Positions 27,086 to 41,464 of a stretch of 64,000 nt of DNA are shown piece after piece. The position numbers and the translations under genes are program-made. The stretch comes from the human T2T-CHM13v2.0 reference genome, Homo sapiens, in assembly GCF_009914755.1 (NCBI RefSeq), contig NC_060928.1, one strand, 5' to 3'. The notes under the pieces were generated by a model. It did no database searches and was not told the DNA's origin. It saw nothing but the letters and a program-made list of their open reading frames with translations. The first letter of the stretch is position 1. Each line of letters starts with the position of its first letter.

Positions 27086-28613
27086 GGGAACTTGATTTAG
27101 TTGCTTCTTTCTTGGTTAAGTTATTTATTTTTTTAAAGCATGGCCTAAAACAATTTCATAAAATAAGGCATAGCATTATGCTTCCCATGACAAATAGTCA
27201 ATATTCTTCCTCAGAACTGTATAAGGTTTTGTTTATTGAATGTCTGTTATCCAGTTTACTGATGAAAAATCTGATGCTGGGCAGTTTCTCAGGCCTTCAT
27301 GAGTGACCTCATTCAATAAATTTTTGGAAGCTTTTAGGGTCATCTTTGTATTTTTGATATTGTAAATTTTTACCATCTGTAGCCTTGCATGTTTTATTTT
27401 TTGGATTGTATATCTGATGATTCTTTTGTCCTAAATTTTTGTGTATTTTTCCTGTTAAATGATCTTGTATTACATTTTTGTAATATTTTCCTCATCATTA
27501 TTCTGTTTCCTTTTAATGCTTAATCTTTTAGATTTATTTTCTCAGTCTCACCTTATCTTAGTTTTCATATCTTTGATATCATTCCACTTTTTCAGTTTCC
27601 CCTCAAATGTCTGCCAATCCTTAACTCTTCATTCACATTTTAAATTATATGAACAAAATTCTGGTCTGGAGTCTGTGAGTACATAGGATAAGAGTTTTGT
27701 TAACTGGTGTGCCTCACAACTGTGGTGGTTGGAATGAGTGATCGGTATGTTGGAAGACATATAATGTGAAAATATGGAGCTATTTGCTTTAGGGGTCAAG
27801 GAGTATACAAACTTTTTTTCCAAGGTCGTTAATCCAATTTCTTTAGATACGTTTTTTAGCCTGGTGTTTAGAAGCTTAGCCCTCAGACACACTACTCATA
27901 GAGATGTGACAATAAGGTTGGAATAATCAGTTCTCATACAGATTTTCAATAAATCCATTGGTTACTTGCTGCCCTCTCTTAGTCTTGGAGCTTCTGAGAC
28001 CCTGACCTCTCTGAGGTTCTTCAGGAAAAATTGCAACTCCTTTAGTCACAGTTCCTTCCATGCATACCCCAGTTGTTGCCTCCTCTAACTTGGTGTAGTC
28101 AGGGAAGTTGCACATCTGACTGCAGAACCGGAGCATGACTGGAGGATCCTTGATCTGCTGACTGTCTCCTAAATATTCGACACAATCTCCCTCTTGTTGA
28201 TGGTTCCCATGCTCCCCTTTGTTCTATGTTTAGCCTCCTTCTTTGTTTCTTTTTCTACTCTTTTAATGAGGACTTGAAATACAGAAGATATAAATGTATG
28301 TAATAATTCTTCCGTGTTTGACTTAAAGTATCTTATAATATTTTTCTTTTACCTTCATTTATTATTTTTCTTATGCTTTGCCTTTATCTTGATCCAAATT
28401 TCTGCGCTGTATCATTTTTCTTTTTGAATAATTTTTTTAAAAAGTATGTCATGCAGGGCAAGTTTACATCAGTTTTTTTTTTTTTTAAATACTTCATAAT
28501 ATCACTGTATACAGAACTCTAGGTTGGTGGGTTTTACTTCTTTCCACAGCTAAAATATCCCACTCTACTCTCTCCTTGCTTTCATGGTTTCTGAGGACTG
28601 GCATATGTAATTC

Positions 28614-28918
28614 TTTTTTTTTTTTTTTTTTTTTCAGTTGGAGTCTCGCTCTGATGCCAGGCTGGAGCACAGTGGCATATCCAGCTCACTGCAACCTCCA
28701 CCTCCCAGGTTCAAGCAATTCTCCTGCCTCAGCTTCCCGAGTAGCTGGGACTACAGGCATACCCCACCACGCCCAGCTAATTTTTGTATTTTTAGTAGAG
28801 ACGGGTTTCAGGGTTTCACCATGTTGGCCAGGATGGTCTCGATCTCTTGACCTTGTGATCCGCCCACCTTGGCCTCCCAAAGTGCTGGAATTACAGGCAT
28901 GAGCCACTGTGCTCAGCC
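28614..28918 (-). mobile_element. AluSc-like
   Basis: ctctgatgccaggctgg and ggccaggatggtctcgatctc; TSD ggcata(tg/ca)taattctt. Confidence 0.93.
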
Positions 28919-29443
28919 AGGCATACATAATTCTTATATTTTTTTCCTCTGTAGGTAAGATCTCCCACAGTGTCTGGCATCCTTCAAGATTTTTGTCTTA
29001 GATTTGCTTTCCTGAAATTTGGATATGATATGCTTCGGAGTATATTTTGGGAAGTATTTATTCTGCTCTTTCTTGAGGTACCTGGATTTATTATTAAAAT
29101 TATCAGTCAACATTACTTCAATTATTTCTTCTGTTCCTTTCTTTCTTTAATTCTCTTTACAGTACTCCTATAACACCTATGTTACACCTGTTGCAACTGA
29201 CCCACAGTTGTTGGATGCACTTTACTGTATTGTATTGCTTTGTTGCATTATTCTTTAAATTAGCTTTGCATATTGTGAAGTTTCTATTGCCATATCATAG
29301 GTTTACTGATTCTTTCCTTGGCCATGTCCAGTCTCCTGTTGAGTGAATCACATCAAATGCAATCTTTTTTGTTTCAGTGTTTTCGATTCTAGCATTTGAT
29401 TTTGATACTTTCTTACAATTTCCATCTTTCTACTTACATTACC

Positions 29444-29924
29444 TGCCAGGTCTGACCCACAGACACTGGCCGAACAACGGATGAACAAATGCACTCTGAC
29501 ACCAATATCCAGTGAAAGAGCAGGCTAGGAGACCAGGCTGCCCACAGACACCAAGGAGGGTGCTGTTAAGAGTCAGCAGCCGCAACCCCAGCAAGCTGGC
29601 GCTGCAGGCATTTATTCAGTATAGCTTTAATGACAAAGGCTTTGAGTCACCACACTTGTGGATAATTAACATGGTCACCCTCCCCGGAGGGAGCAGTCCT
29701 ACAAATGATCAAAGGTCAGTCTTAGGACCACATGAGTAAACAAGCTCTTTAGATAAACTCCCTTACATTCCTTTGTACCTATTCTAAGCTATTATCTCAA
29801 GGTAAGAGGATTGGGCTGCCTTCGGCCATAACCCTATCTGAGGCTTTTGCAAAAGCTTCCAGCCTTCCAAGAAAGTTTGTTTCTATTTTACAATTTCTCC
29901 CACCATCCTGACTGAACTCCTACA
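29444..29924 (-). mobile_element. LTR22 solo LTR (HERV-K HML-5)
   Basis: Reverse strand starts tgtaggagttcagtcaggatggtgggagaaattgtaaaatag; TG...CA ends; perfect 6-bp TSD attacc (29438-29443 / 29925-29930). Confidence 0.85.
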
Positions 29925-31849
29925 ATTACCCATCTTTTCTTTGATGCTGTTCACTTTTTCCACGAGAGCCCTTGGCATATTCATTATAATTATTTTCAAT
30001 TCCTGATTTGATAATACCAAATTCTCTGTCATATCTGAGTCTGCTTGTGATGCTTATTTTGTATCTCAGGTTGTGTTTTTTGCCTTTTAATATACCTTGT
30101 AATTTTTTGTTAAAAACCAGCTATGATATATCGAAATAAGGAACTAAGGTAAATTGGTTTTTTAATGTGGGGTTTTATGTTTAGCTGATTGGTAGCTCGG
30201 CTGTTTATTGTATGTTCTAGCTGTGGTGTCAGAAGCTAAAATTTTTCTCTAGTATCTTTGTATTTTTTTCCTCTGCTGTCTTTGGGTTTTCCTAGAATCT
30301 GGTTAATATGGTCTGAGTTTCAGTTATTTTTAAGCTACAGTCCCTTGTTAATACAAAAGAACCCTACTAATGTGTTGGTAAGGTGTGGGGGAAGTGGAAG
30401 CATTATGTAATCCTATGATTAGTTCTCAGTCTTTTAGTGAGTCTGTATCCCTGTGCTGTGGACTTTCACAAGTACTTAGCTTTTATTCCCCTTAGGTGAG
30501 ACCAAAACGGTAAGGGAAATTGCAGTTGTGTATTTTCCTACCCCTACTTGGATTAGGCTCTAGTAAAGCCCAAATAAGTTGCCCTTTGGTTACATACTTT
30601 CATTTGAGGAGAAAAATTTGCTAAGGAAAACAGAGTACTCTGGATGTACTTCAAATAGTTACGTTTTCCCTTCATCAGGAGCATGAGAGAATTTTTCATG
30701 TATCTTCACCCAGAGAATCTGGCAGAGTTCCCAGACTCATGAACATGTAGGGCTTCCCTAAAGCTGAGCTCCCGGGAGTTTTAATTTCAAGCTGGTCCAT
30801 GCTCAGTCTTCTGTCATTTACCTTTTAAATAATTCAGTCAATTACCTTTTAAGTGTTCCTACCTCTCCAGCAGTGGTTTCTGTTTCCTGTGAGGTGTGAT
30901 TCTTTGTGTTGACCCGTCTTTCCAATTTTCAGTTAGTAGTTTGCCTTGCAAACTTAATTCTGTGATGGATCTAATATGAGTTCTTGATTTTCAGTTTGTT
31001 CAAAAAAAATTTTTTTTATGTTATGTAGATAGAAAAGACAACTTTAAAGTTCTTTACATGTGGGTCCAGAAACTGCAAATGTCCAGTAGTTTCTCTGTCT
31101 CTCTCTCTCTCTTTTGCATCTCAACTTCATTCAAATTGCATACATACACACATAAAACAACTACTAAAACATAAATGGACAGTATGACATGCAAATTTCA
31201 GAATAGTTTATGTGTATGGGAAGAAAACAATTAGAATGTAGGAAGCTTTGCTTATAATTGTAATGCCTCATTCTATTAAAATGACAAAAAGATCTGAAAC
31301 AAACAAGGCAAAACATTAACTTTTGTTAGATCTTAGTGGTATAAACCCAAATGCTTGTTTAGTCTATCTACTTTTTTAGTATTTTCAAAATATTTTCAGT
31401 AAAAATATTTCAAAATCTAACCACTGAGATGAAACTAACAGTTATAGTTGTAACTAAGTATGTCTGTAGTACAAATAATGTTGCAAAAAAATGCTGAAGT
31501 TTGGAAAATTGATTTTTAAAAGAAAAGCCCTTATAAAGAATTGATAACTTAAAAATTAATTCTAAGAAGACAAAGACAAAAATAAGTGAATACATAAAAT
31601 TTATGTTCTAATTTAATTTTTTTATGGAGAGATGCTAATTATGCATGTTTCTTAGGCAAGTTAGCTAAATCAATCCTGAAATTATGATGGTCTATTCATT
31701 CATTTCTGAAGACATGCAACTTCTGCTAGGAATGACTTTCTCTTCTTTTGTATGGTTAGCAGAGGAGGAAGCAAGAAAAAAAAAAAAGAAGAAAAAAGAA
31801 AACCTTAAGTCTATTGTCATAGTTATCTCAATAACCAACAAGACGCAGT

Positions 31850-33355
31850 TTCTAGTCAAAATACATAAAGTGGACAAATATATTTTTAAAAAGTCCTAAC
31901 ATATGCTGTCTACAAGTGAGTAAATTTGGCTTTAGGGACACCCATAGACTGGAAGTGAAGGTATGATAAAACATATTCCATGCAAACGAAAACCCAAAGA
32001 AAACAAGGGCAGCCATACCTATATCAGAAAAAAATAGACTTTAAATCAAAAACTACAATAAGAGACAAAGAACGTCATTATATAGTGATAAAGAGGTTGA
32101 TTCATTAAGAGGATATAACAAGTACATATCTATCTATCTATATATGCACCCAACATCTGAACACCTAAATATGTAAAGCGAATATTAACAAATCTGAAGG
32201 GAAGAATAGATTACAATACAATAATAGTAGGGGACTTTGGTACCCCATTTCTAATAACGACTAGAATATCCAGACAGAATATCAGTAAGGAAATGTTGGA
32301 CTTGAACTGTACTTCAGACGAAATGTGACTGGCAGACATACACAGAATATGTTATTTAAGAGCAACAGAATATGCATTCTTCTCAAGTGCACAGGAAACA
32401 TTATCCAGGGTAAATCATATGTAAGACCGCAAAACAACTCCTAGCTCTTAAAATATTTAAGAAGATTAAAATTGTATCAATCGTCTTTTCCAAAGAGAAT
32501 GACAAGGAATCAATAATAGGAAAACTAGAAGATTCAAAACTATGAAAATTCAGCAACACCCTCCTGAACAATCTATGGGTCCATGAAGAAATCAAAAGGG
32601 AAATTTAAAAAACTATCTTGAGACAAACAGAAATAGAAAGACAGCACTACTAAAACTTATGGGATACTGCAAAAACTGCCCTAGGAGGGAAGCTTATAAT
32701 GATAAATGCCTACATTAAGAAAAAAGAAAGATTTTAAATAAGCAATCTAACTTTACATCTTAAGGAAATAAAAAAGAAGAACAAACTAAGTAAAAAATTA
32801 GTAGAAGGGAAAAAAGATCAGAGCAGAAATAAATGAAATGGAGTTTAGAAAAACAATAGAAAAGAAAAATAAACTAAGCATTTTTTTGAAATCATAAACA
32901 AAATTAATAAACTTCAGCTAGACTAAGAGAGAAAACTCATGTAAAATCACAGATGAAATAAGAGACTTATAACTGATACTACAGAAATAGAGAAGATCAT
33001 AAGAGGCTATTATGAATAATTATACTCAAAAAAATTCAATATTCTAGAAGAAATGGCTAATTCTGGAATCATATAACCTACCAAGACTGAATCATGAAAA
33101 AACAGAAAATCCAAAAAGACCAATAATTAGTAAAGAGATTGAATCAGTAATGAAAAATTCCCCCACCAAAAAAAAAAAAAAAAAAAAGGCCATTACCAGG
33201 TGACTTCCCAAGTGAATTCTACCAAATATTTTTCTTAAAAATTAATATCAATTCTTCTCAAACTCTTCCAACAAATTAAAGAGGCAGGAACATTTCCAAA
33301 GTCATTTTATGAGGTCCATATTACCATGATACCAAAGTAAGACAAGGGCACTATA
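31850..33355 (+). mobile_element. L1M ORF2 fragment (endonuclease to pre-RT), truncated at both ends
   Basis: tgctgtctacaag...atatgcacccaac...aacttatgggatactgcaaaa...ccaagactgaatcatgaa; many stops. Confidence 0.9.
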
Positions 33356-34145
33356 ATGCCTCTCTAAAGTGGAAACTCTAGTTCAATTCTTTTTATCCTC
33401 ATTTCTCATGTAGAAATTTAACAAAACTGTGGAAGTAAAGTATTTGCAAATATTGAAGAATCTATAGTATGGCATAGTTTTTTGAGAAATGGACTCCCTA
33501 AAGTTCTTTAGAGACAAGTTCTTGTCTTGTTTTTATTTAATATTTTCAGTCATGGTACAATTATGGAATAAAGAATACTCTTATTTTTGTTTTGAATTTT
33601 CAAGTGAGTGGAATGTTTTTTCAATAGCTCGTAAATATGAATTAAAATTAAATTGTGAGTTCAATATGAGTTGAATTTATTAAATTTCAAAGGTTTCTTG
33701 TAGAGTGGTTCATTTAGATGAGTAAATAGAGAGAGTGGTATACTGACAATATCACAATTGCGTTTGCTGTCAGGACAACCTAACCCAGATTCTCAGTCCA
33801 TGACACAGCATGCAAATGTCATGCTAACACTCAGATACGAACACATAGCCAATCCTATATCAATGCTATCCTATTCCTGGATAGCATCGTGCCATAAGGA
33901 ACCAGTTTGCAGGACTCATCATTGAAGTTTGGCATTTCAGAAGAGAAAGATTAATGCCTTCCTTTTTTTATATAAAACAACAGCCTTATAGATTTCCATC
34001 TAAAAATAATTTCTTCATCAAATATATTCTAAAAAAAATTTTGCTTACTGCTTATAGCTCCCTCTTGAGTATTCAAATATATACTAACATATTAACAGCT
34101 CTGAGAAGTCATATTGCAAAACCAACTCTTTAACTTTACTTAACC

Positions 34146-34232
34146 AGCATTGCCCAAATCTGTTTGACCACAGAGCATTTTCATGGTGTGTTTCAGTTAT
34201 TAACTCTATGGTATACTATTTGGGAAATATTG
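34146..34232. mobile_element. Possible short hAT-Charlie MITE
   Basis: Imperfect terminal inverted repeats cagcattgcccaaa ... tttgggaaatattg. Confidence 0.45.
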
Positions 34233-34893
34233 TCTCTCAATTGTTTAAGTCATTTATGCAAGTGTATGGAATAGTATGATTTTCATTATAAGCCTACATT
34301 TAGAACAATGTTTTTGTATTGTAACATCTTAATTTGAATAAAGGAACCAGTACAATTAAGTTGTGTGATTTTTAATGGTATAACTATTCTGAATACAAAA
34401 TCTTAATTTGCCATTTGAGTATTATGTTTTACTAAGATATACCTATATGAAATTGATCAAAATTCCCCATACAGTAATTATAGAAATTTTGCATTGCACA
34501 GCTGTTGGGAGAAATTTAATCCTCCCCAAATAAAGATGAGGTAAGCTTGTTTTTTCTTAAACATATGACAAAGAAAGGTCCAGATTCAACAATAGATACA
34601 ACAAATAATTTGGCAACACAAACTATATGCCAAATGTGATATTAGTAGGTTCTTCCATACCTCCAATTATAAGAAATTATTACAACACAAACATAGCTGA
34701 CAACATTGTTTCCAGAAGTAAGTCATGGCACATAACTGAATCTGACTTCCCAATTTATTAGTGTGTTCCAGAAAGAAAAGTGTGCATTGCTTTCATTTCA
34801 TTTTAACAATGTCATCTGAGATACCATATATATATATCTATGGTGTTTTTCCCACCTCTTTCTAGGAAAAGCCAATACTTTATATTATGTCCA

Positions 34894-35416
34894 TGTATTA
34901 GTCAGAGTTCGCTAGAGGGAGTGGACTAATAGCATAGATGTATATGTGAAAGGAAATTGTTAAGGAGTATTGACTCACACGATCACAAGTTGAAGTCCCA
35001 CAGTAGTCCATCTGTAAAATGAGGAGCAAGGAAGCCAGTCCGAGTCCCAAAACCACAAAAGTAGAGAAGCCGAGAGTGCAGCCTTCAGTCTGTGGCCAAA
35101 GACCCGAGAGCTCATGGCAAACAACTGATGTAGGTCCAAGAGTCCAAAAGCCGAAGAACTTGCAGTCCAATGTTTGAGGGCAGGAAGCATCCAGCATGAG
35201 ACAAAGATGAAGCCTGGAAAACTCAGCCAATCTAGTCTTTCCATGTTCCTCTGCCTGCTTTTATCCTTGCTACCCTGGCAGCTGATTAGATAGTGCCCAC
35301 CCAGTCCACTAACTCAAATGTTAATCTCCTTTGGCAACACCCTCACAGATACACCCAGCGACAATACTTTGCATCCTTCAATCCAATCGAGTTGACACTC
35401 ACCATTAATCATTACA
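34894..35416 (-). mobile_element. MLT2A2-like (HERVL) solo LTR
   Basis: tgtattagtcagagttc...aaggagtattgactcacacgatcacaag...catccttcaatccaatc.agttgacactc...cattaca. Confidence 0.9.
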
Positions 35417-37281
35417 GTGCCCTTTCTTAGCTTATATAGGACACTAGTAGGAAGACCTCAATATGTACAAATAATTACATTGAAAGATTTATATACCAGC
35501 ATCCATAAGCCAGGAATCATTTTTAAAAACAAGTTAAAAAAAAATAAGGGATGCATGAGTTGTTTTGTTTAAATGGTCTTGATAAATATTTCCCCATAGA
35601 ACATAGCGCCTCCTAGAACTGCATCCCCATAGAACAAAGAACAGGCATACACATTATGGTCATATCCTCAAAGCAGATAAAAAATAAAAACATATCTTAC
35701 TTTCTGTAACTGTCACCAAGATACTCCTCAACATTTTATGACAAATTAATGAATTGGGTCCCATCAACTTTTTCAGATTCTTTTCTATCAAAATTATATT
35801 AAGGATACCAAGAGAACAGCTAATGATGACAAAATATATCTAAGCAATATGGTATAATTTATATTTAAACTAATTGCTCATCTAGATAATTTAATTAAGC
35901 AAATTTCCATAATAAATTTGATGTGATCATTTTGCATTTTTTTAAAAAAGAAAAACAATAGCCTCCTGTTGTAACAGCAAAAATGCGGAGAAATATTTAT
36001 CTTTGTTTATCTGTTAGAGTAATCAAGTGTGAATTTCTTGAGGGTTTTGACATTTGCAAAATTGTAAAAATTTCACTAAAACAAGGTCCATCTTTTTCTT
36101 CTTCATAAGAAAACTATTTGCATGGTTAACATTTGGAAGATGTTTGGAAGACCTTATGCATTGATAAAGAAGGTGACAAGCATGTTAGACCAAGAAACAG
36201 TTTTAGGTCTAGGGAGAAGTAAAACACACAGGACAATTTGTTTTACACGCTCTGACTGATATAGCACATATCCATCAGAGGGAGGAGAAAATGAAACCAA
36301 ATAATACTTGTTAATTTTAGAATGATTTTATTCCTGCTACTCTTAAATAATGGAGAATTTCTATTGCTTTTCAAATCCTTGTTTTAGTTTGCAACAGAAA
36401 AAATCAAGAATAATGTTTTTATTATAAGTGTGTGAATAAAAAATATAACTAATATTTTGGATATTGCATTTAAAGTATTTTTAAAATTGTCTTAATATTG
36501 GAATATTTACAAATTAGGACTAATTCTTTATACATGAAAAGCATTAGGTTGAAAATAAGTGAGATCTATTTAGAACGAATGTATACATTTGTTGTATACT
36601 ACTAAATTGAAACTAGTTTTTATTTACTGTTCAAATCCTTAGTACCTCTCTAATGGTTCAAGTGGGGATACAAATATCTCAATTATTTGAAAGTTAAATT
36701 AAGTTGGAAAGGCTCTCTTCTTATCTTACTTTCCCTTGGTGATTCTCTTTCTCTCTAGCTCTTTTACACTCAAGATTGAGTCTATTGAGTATAAGAAGAA
36801 AACCTATAAGGCTAATCCTCAAAAGCAATAACAAAAACTACTTCAGTTGAGTGTGTTAGCAGATTGGATAAATATTGGTTTGCCTGGATGACATACCGCA
36901 TAATCTCCTTCTCTAAGTGACTGACATAGCAGTCTCTTCCTTCTTATGCTATAGAACCATGGAAGCATCTTGCCAAATAAAATAGATAGCATGGAGATTC
37001 TGAAACTATGTTACAGCTATTCTTGTAAATTTCATAGAGCCAAACTTTGAGCCTATTTACTTCTAACTTTGTCTTAACAACAAGTAACAAGAGAGTAAGT
37101 CACATTTACATGTCACATCACTGTGAGAGATAATAAGATTATTCATTGAATGTTTACTAAATATCTACTCTGTGTTTTAAACACTTGGGACAGAACATTG
37201 AAAAGATAAAGTTTCTACCCTTAATAATTTTACATTTTGAATTAGAAGGAAAGGGGCAGTGATAAGTGATAAACATTATAA

Positions 37282-37620
<339 letters not shown>

Positions 37621-38157
37621 GAGAATTAATATTTTAAGTAGGGTAGTAAGGGAATAACTGGCATAGACCCCAGAGAATGTGTGATATGTTCTAAAAGCAG
37701 CACGGCCTGTAGAGTTGAAGCTCAGTGAGCAAATGAGAAGGAGAAAGGAAGTAAGAAATGATGCATGAGTTAGAACCAGGCATCTGCTATTTATCTTCCT
37801 CTAGTAGATCATGGCAATTATTTTAGAATTTATTTGGATTTCATACGGTTTTTAGCAGACAAGTGTTAAACCATACTCATGTTTTAAAAGTTGCATTCTA
37901 TCTTCTACATAGCAAATAGAATGAAAGGAATTTAAGAATTAGAGTGGCACTCTCAATTAGGAAATTATTCCAGTGGTCCATGGAGTCCAGAAGCAGTAGG
38001 AGAGATAATAAGAAATGACCAGATTCTTGGTTAAGTTGTAAAAGTGGCTACAGCAGTACTATGCTAATAAATTAGGGTATAAGATTAAAGGACATATCAG
38101 AGACTACTCTGGAGTTTTTTGACTTAAGCAATTGGAAGGATAAAATTGGCATCAACT

Positions 38158-38445
38158 GGCCGGGCGCAGTGGCTCACGCCTGTAATCCCAGCACTTTGGG
38201 AGGCCGAGGTGGGCGAATCATGAGGTCAAGAGATGGAGACCATCCTGGCCAACATGGTAAAACCCCGTCTCTACTAAAAATACAAAATTGCAAAACTTAG
38301 CTGGGCGTGGTGGCTGGCACCCATAGTCCCAGCTACTCGGAGGCTGAGGCAGGAGAATCGCTTGAACCCAGGAGGCAGAAGTTGGCAGTGAGCCAAGATG
38401 GCGCCACTGCACTCCAGAGCCTGGCAATAGAGCGAGACTCTGTCT

Positions 38446-38476
<31 letters not shown>
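38158..38476 (+). mobile_element. AluSc
   Basis: gaggtcaagagatggagaccatcctggcc; long pure A tail; degenerate TSD aaaattggcatcaact/aagattgccatcgatt. Confidence 0.95.
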
Positions 38477-38478
<2 letters not shown>

Positions 38479-40968
38479 TTGCCATCGATTGACTTAATTT
38501 ACTTCAGGAAGGCAGTGGAAGAGTAGGTTTTGGGGGGATGTCCTAGAGTTCAGTTTTTAATGTCTATCAGTCATTCAAGTAGATACGTAGAGTGGGCAGT
38601 TAAATTTATAAATCTGAAGTTGATGAAAAAGGTCTGAGACATAGAGTGACATTTAAAACTTCTTAATTGTATTTAAACCTATAATCATCAATTAAAGAAG
38701 GGAGTATAGCACTGGGTCTTCAGCACTCTAACATCTGGACATGAGGAAAAATCAGAAAAGGACACTCAAAATAAACTATCCATAATGTACACAGTGAACC
38801 AATGGAAGAGTTTCCCCTTGGAAATTTAAATGCAAAAAGTGTTTCAAGATAGAGCAAAGAACTGATGTGATAAAGGTTGCTGACATAACATGAGATATGA
38901 GCAATAATGATCAATATTGCAAAATAGGGAAACTGACAGTAACAGTTTTCCTGGAATTATAGGGATAAAAATCTGGTGGAATAACTTCAAAAGAAAAGGG
39001 AAGAGAGAAACTGAAGATAGAGAGTGTACTCTTTCAGCTACAATTAGACTGACATACAAACATAATAGGAATAAGAATAAATTCACTGTCTTTCCAATTT
39101 TTAATTAGCTGTTAAGTAGGGCAATTTTACTTGTTTTCTCATTAAGCTCTTACCCATTATATTTTAGCATTTTATATTGTCAACGAGTAGCTCTGCTATG
39201 AGTAATTTTGATATTTATCTCTTACTTTTGTTTTGCAGTTTGCATAAAATACCTCGCCACCTGATTATATGTCTGTAAATTATTTTTCCTACTATATTTC
39301 ACTTTTACACCTTTATAATTAGTCTCAAGATGTTCAGTAAAATCTGCTGCCTACTCTCTTTCATGTGGATGCCTTGTCAAGTCAGGATTTCCTACTGGTA
39401 TTTTTAAACATTTGTCTTCTCCTATCCCTTTATTCTTTTTCTCGTCTTCAGATCTGTTACTGATCCTCCTTATCTCCCTTCTTTAGGAAGTGTTACAGCT
39501 CCCTATATTCCTTTACTAGAGAGAGAGAGAGAGATGCAAGGGAGAATATTCTGCATAATCCCAAAGTGTCGGAGGATATTAATTAATTTCACTATACATT
39601 TGTGTTATTCTTTGATTATGGTAGGTTTTTTCCCCAGTTATCTTCATTTGATTGTACCTTAAGATTCCAAATTCTTCTTTGCATCCTTTTTTTAAAAAAA
39701 CCTAATGTCTGGCAATTACATTAACTGAATTCCAACTGATTTCTGTTTCATCACTTTAACCAAGAATTTAAAATATTTACAAACTTAACCAAGATTAGCA
39801 AAACAGCTTCATAGTAGCTTCTTCTGCCCCTTTCCACTTTAAATTTCCTCTCTTATCTACTATCTTATGTATCAAATGAAAATTCCTAACTGTGTTAAAG
39901 GTAGCACTCTGAAATATTTTCTTAAAATTATTCCAACAGTGACATTCTATGAAATAAAATAAAACTCTTTTACCTTACACTATTTTATTATCATAGTTTA
40001 ATTATTCTGATATACATTAAAATTGTACTAAAGGATTATGGTGAAAAGTAGAAGTCTTTTGCTTATCAAAAGAATCACCTTTAGTCCCCAAGTTATTCTT
40101 ATGCTATTTACCTCCATATTTCAGATGAATATATTTATATTATTTTTTCATGTATTAACTTTAGACATTATCAATGTCTTGACAATGAAGTTGAGACCTT
40201 AATATTTTCGCTGCAGAAGGATATCCTTTGCCTCTATCCTCACTCAGTACGAGTTATATTAAAAACTTGATTCATTGTTAATTTTATTAATATGATTATT
40301 TAATATTTACACCTGAGAAAACTTGTTATGCAAATTTTTTATGGAATTACCTTGTTTTTCTATATATTGTTTATTTTGTGTTGAGTATTCCAGTACCTCT
40401 GTCTTCTACTAAATATTATGTCATTATGCTTTGATCACATTCATTCCATTTTTTTTCCCAGAAATTCCACTTCAGAAGCTCTCTTTATTCCCACTATAAC
40501 TACTCTCAATTTCTGCCACCTCGATGTTCTGATATCTTTCTTCATTTCTTTCCTGAGGTAGATTCCACTTCTTAAATTTTATATTTTCTTGTTATTTGGT
40601 TTACTCTCTTGTTTTGCTAAATCACCTGAGAAAGTTTGCATGTGAAATACATATTTTGGAAAACATAGTGTCCGAAAAATTTTTTTACACTCAATTTGAT
40701 TGGTAGCTTGTTTTAGTATAGAAAAGGTGCAGATTTAGAATTAAGGGATGACTTAAAGGCTTTATGCTACTATTTTCTATATTATAATGTTGCTATCAGT
40801 GCCATTTTAACTCGACATTTCTATATGATTATTCAATTCACTTTTATATTTTGATGTTCTGAAATTTTATAACATTGTTTCTTGCTGATCCTTTCTTATT
40901 AATTTTTCTGGAGACAAAGAGAACTTTAAATCTGCAGACATATGCTCTTAAATTCTGCTTTTATTCTA

Positions 40969-41090
40969 GCGTGAACCCGGGAGGCGGAGCTTGCAGTGAG
41001 CAGAGATCGTGCCACTGCACTCCAGCCAGGGTGACAGAGTAAGACTCCGTTTCAAAAAAATAAAAAAATTAAAAATTAAAATTAAAAAAC
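40969..41090 (+). mobile_element. 5'-truncated AluY
   Basis: gcgtgaacccgggaggcggagcttgcagtgag diagnostic of AluY; 17-bp TSD attct(g/a)cttttattcta. Confidence 0.92.
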
Positions 41091-41117
41091 ATTCTACTTT
41101 TATTCTAGCAGTATTTA

Positions 41118-41464
41118 CACTCAACTGCCGCATAATGACATGTTGATCAATGGACCACATGTAGAAGGGTGGTCCCATAGGATTATGATACTGAATTTTA
41201 TTGAATCTTTTCTACATTTAGATATATTTATATACACAAGTACTTAATATTGTGTTACAGTGTCCTACAGTGTTCAGTGCAGTAACATGCTGTACAGGTT
41301 TGTCGCCTAGGAGCAATAGGCTATACCATATATAATAGCTTAGGTGTATAGTAGACTGTACATCCACATTTGTGTAAATAAACTCTATGATGTTCTTACA
41401 ATGACGAAATCATCTAACGACCTAGTCATCAGAACATACCCTGTCTTTAAGTGATGCAAGGCTG
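41118..41464 (+). mobile_element. Tigger3a (MER7A) DNA transposon
   Basis: ccgcataatgac...ggtggtcccataggattat...gcctaggagcaataggctatacc...ttaagtgatgcaaggctg-TA. Confidence 0.88.

Larger units (their letters stand above)
28330..31085 (-). mobile_element. Old L1 (L1MC/MD-type) inter-ORF, ORF1 and 5' region with nested Alu and LTR22
   Basis: Reverse L1M text (ccactctactctctccttgctttcatggtttctgag; tctgagtctgcttgtgatgct; aaacttaattctgtgatggatcta). Confidence 0.65.

Noticed and set aside
33811-33818. Octamer ATGCAAAT
   Set aside because: Isolated 8-mer expected by chance in AT-rich DNA; no adjacent SOX site.
35591-35636. 13-bp direct repeat tccccatagaaca
   Set aside because: Short local duplication with no further structure.
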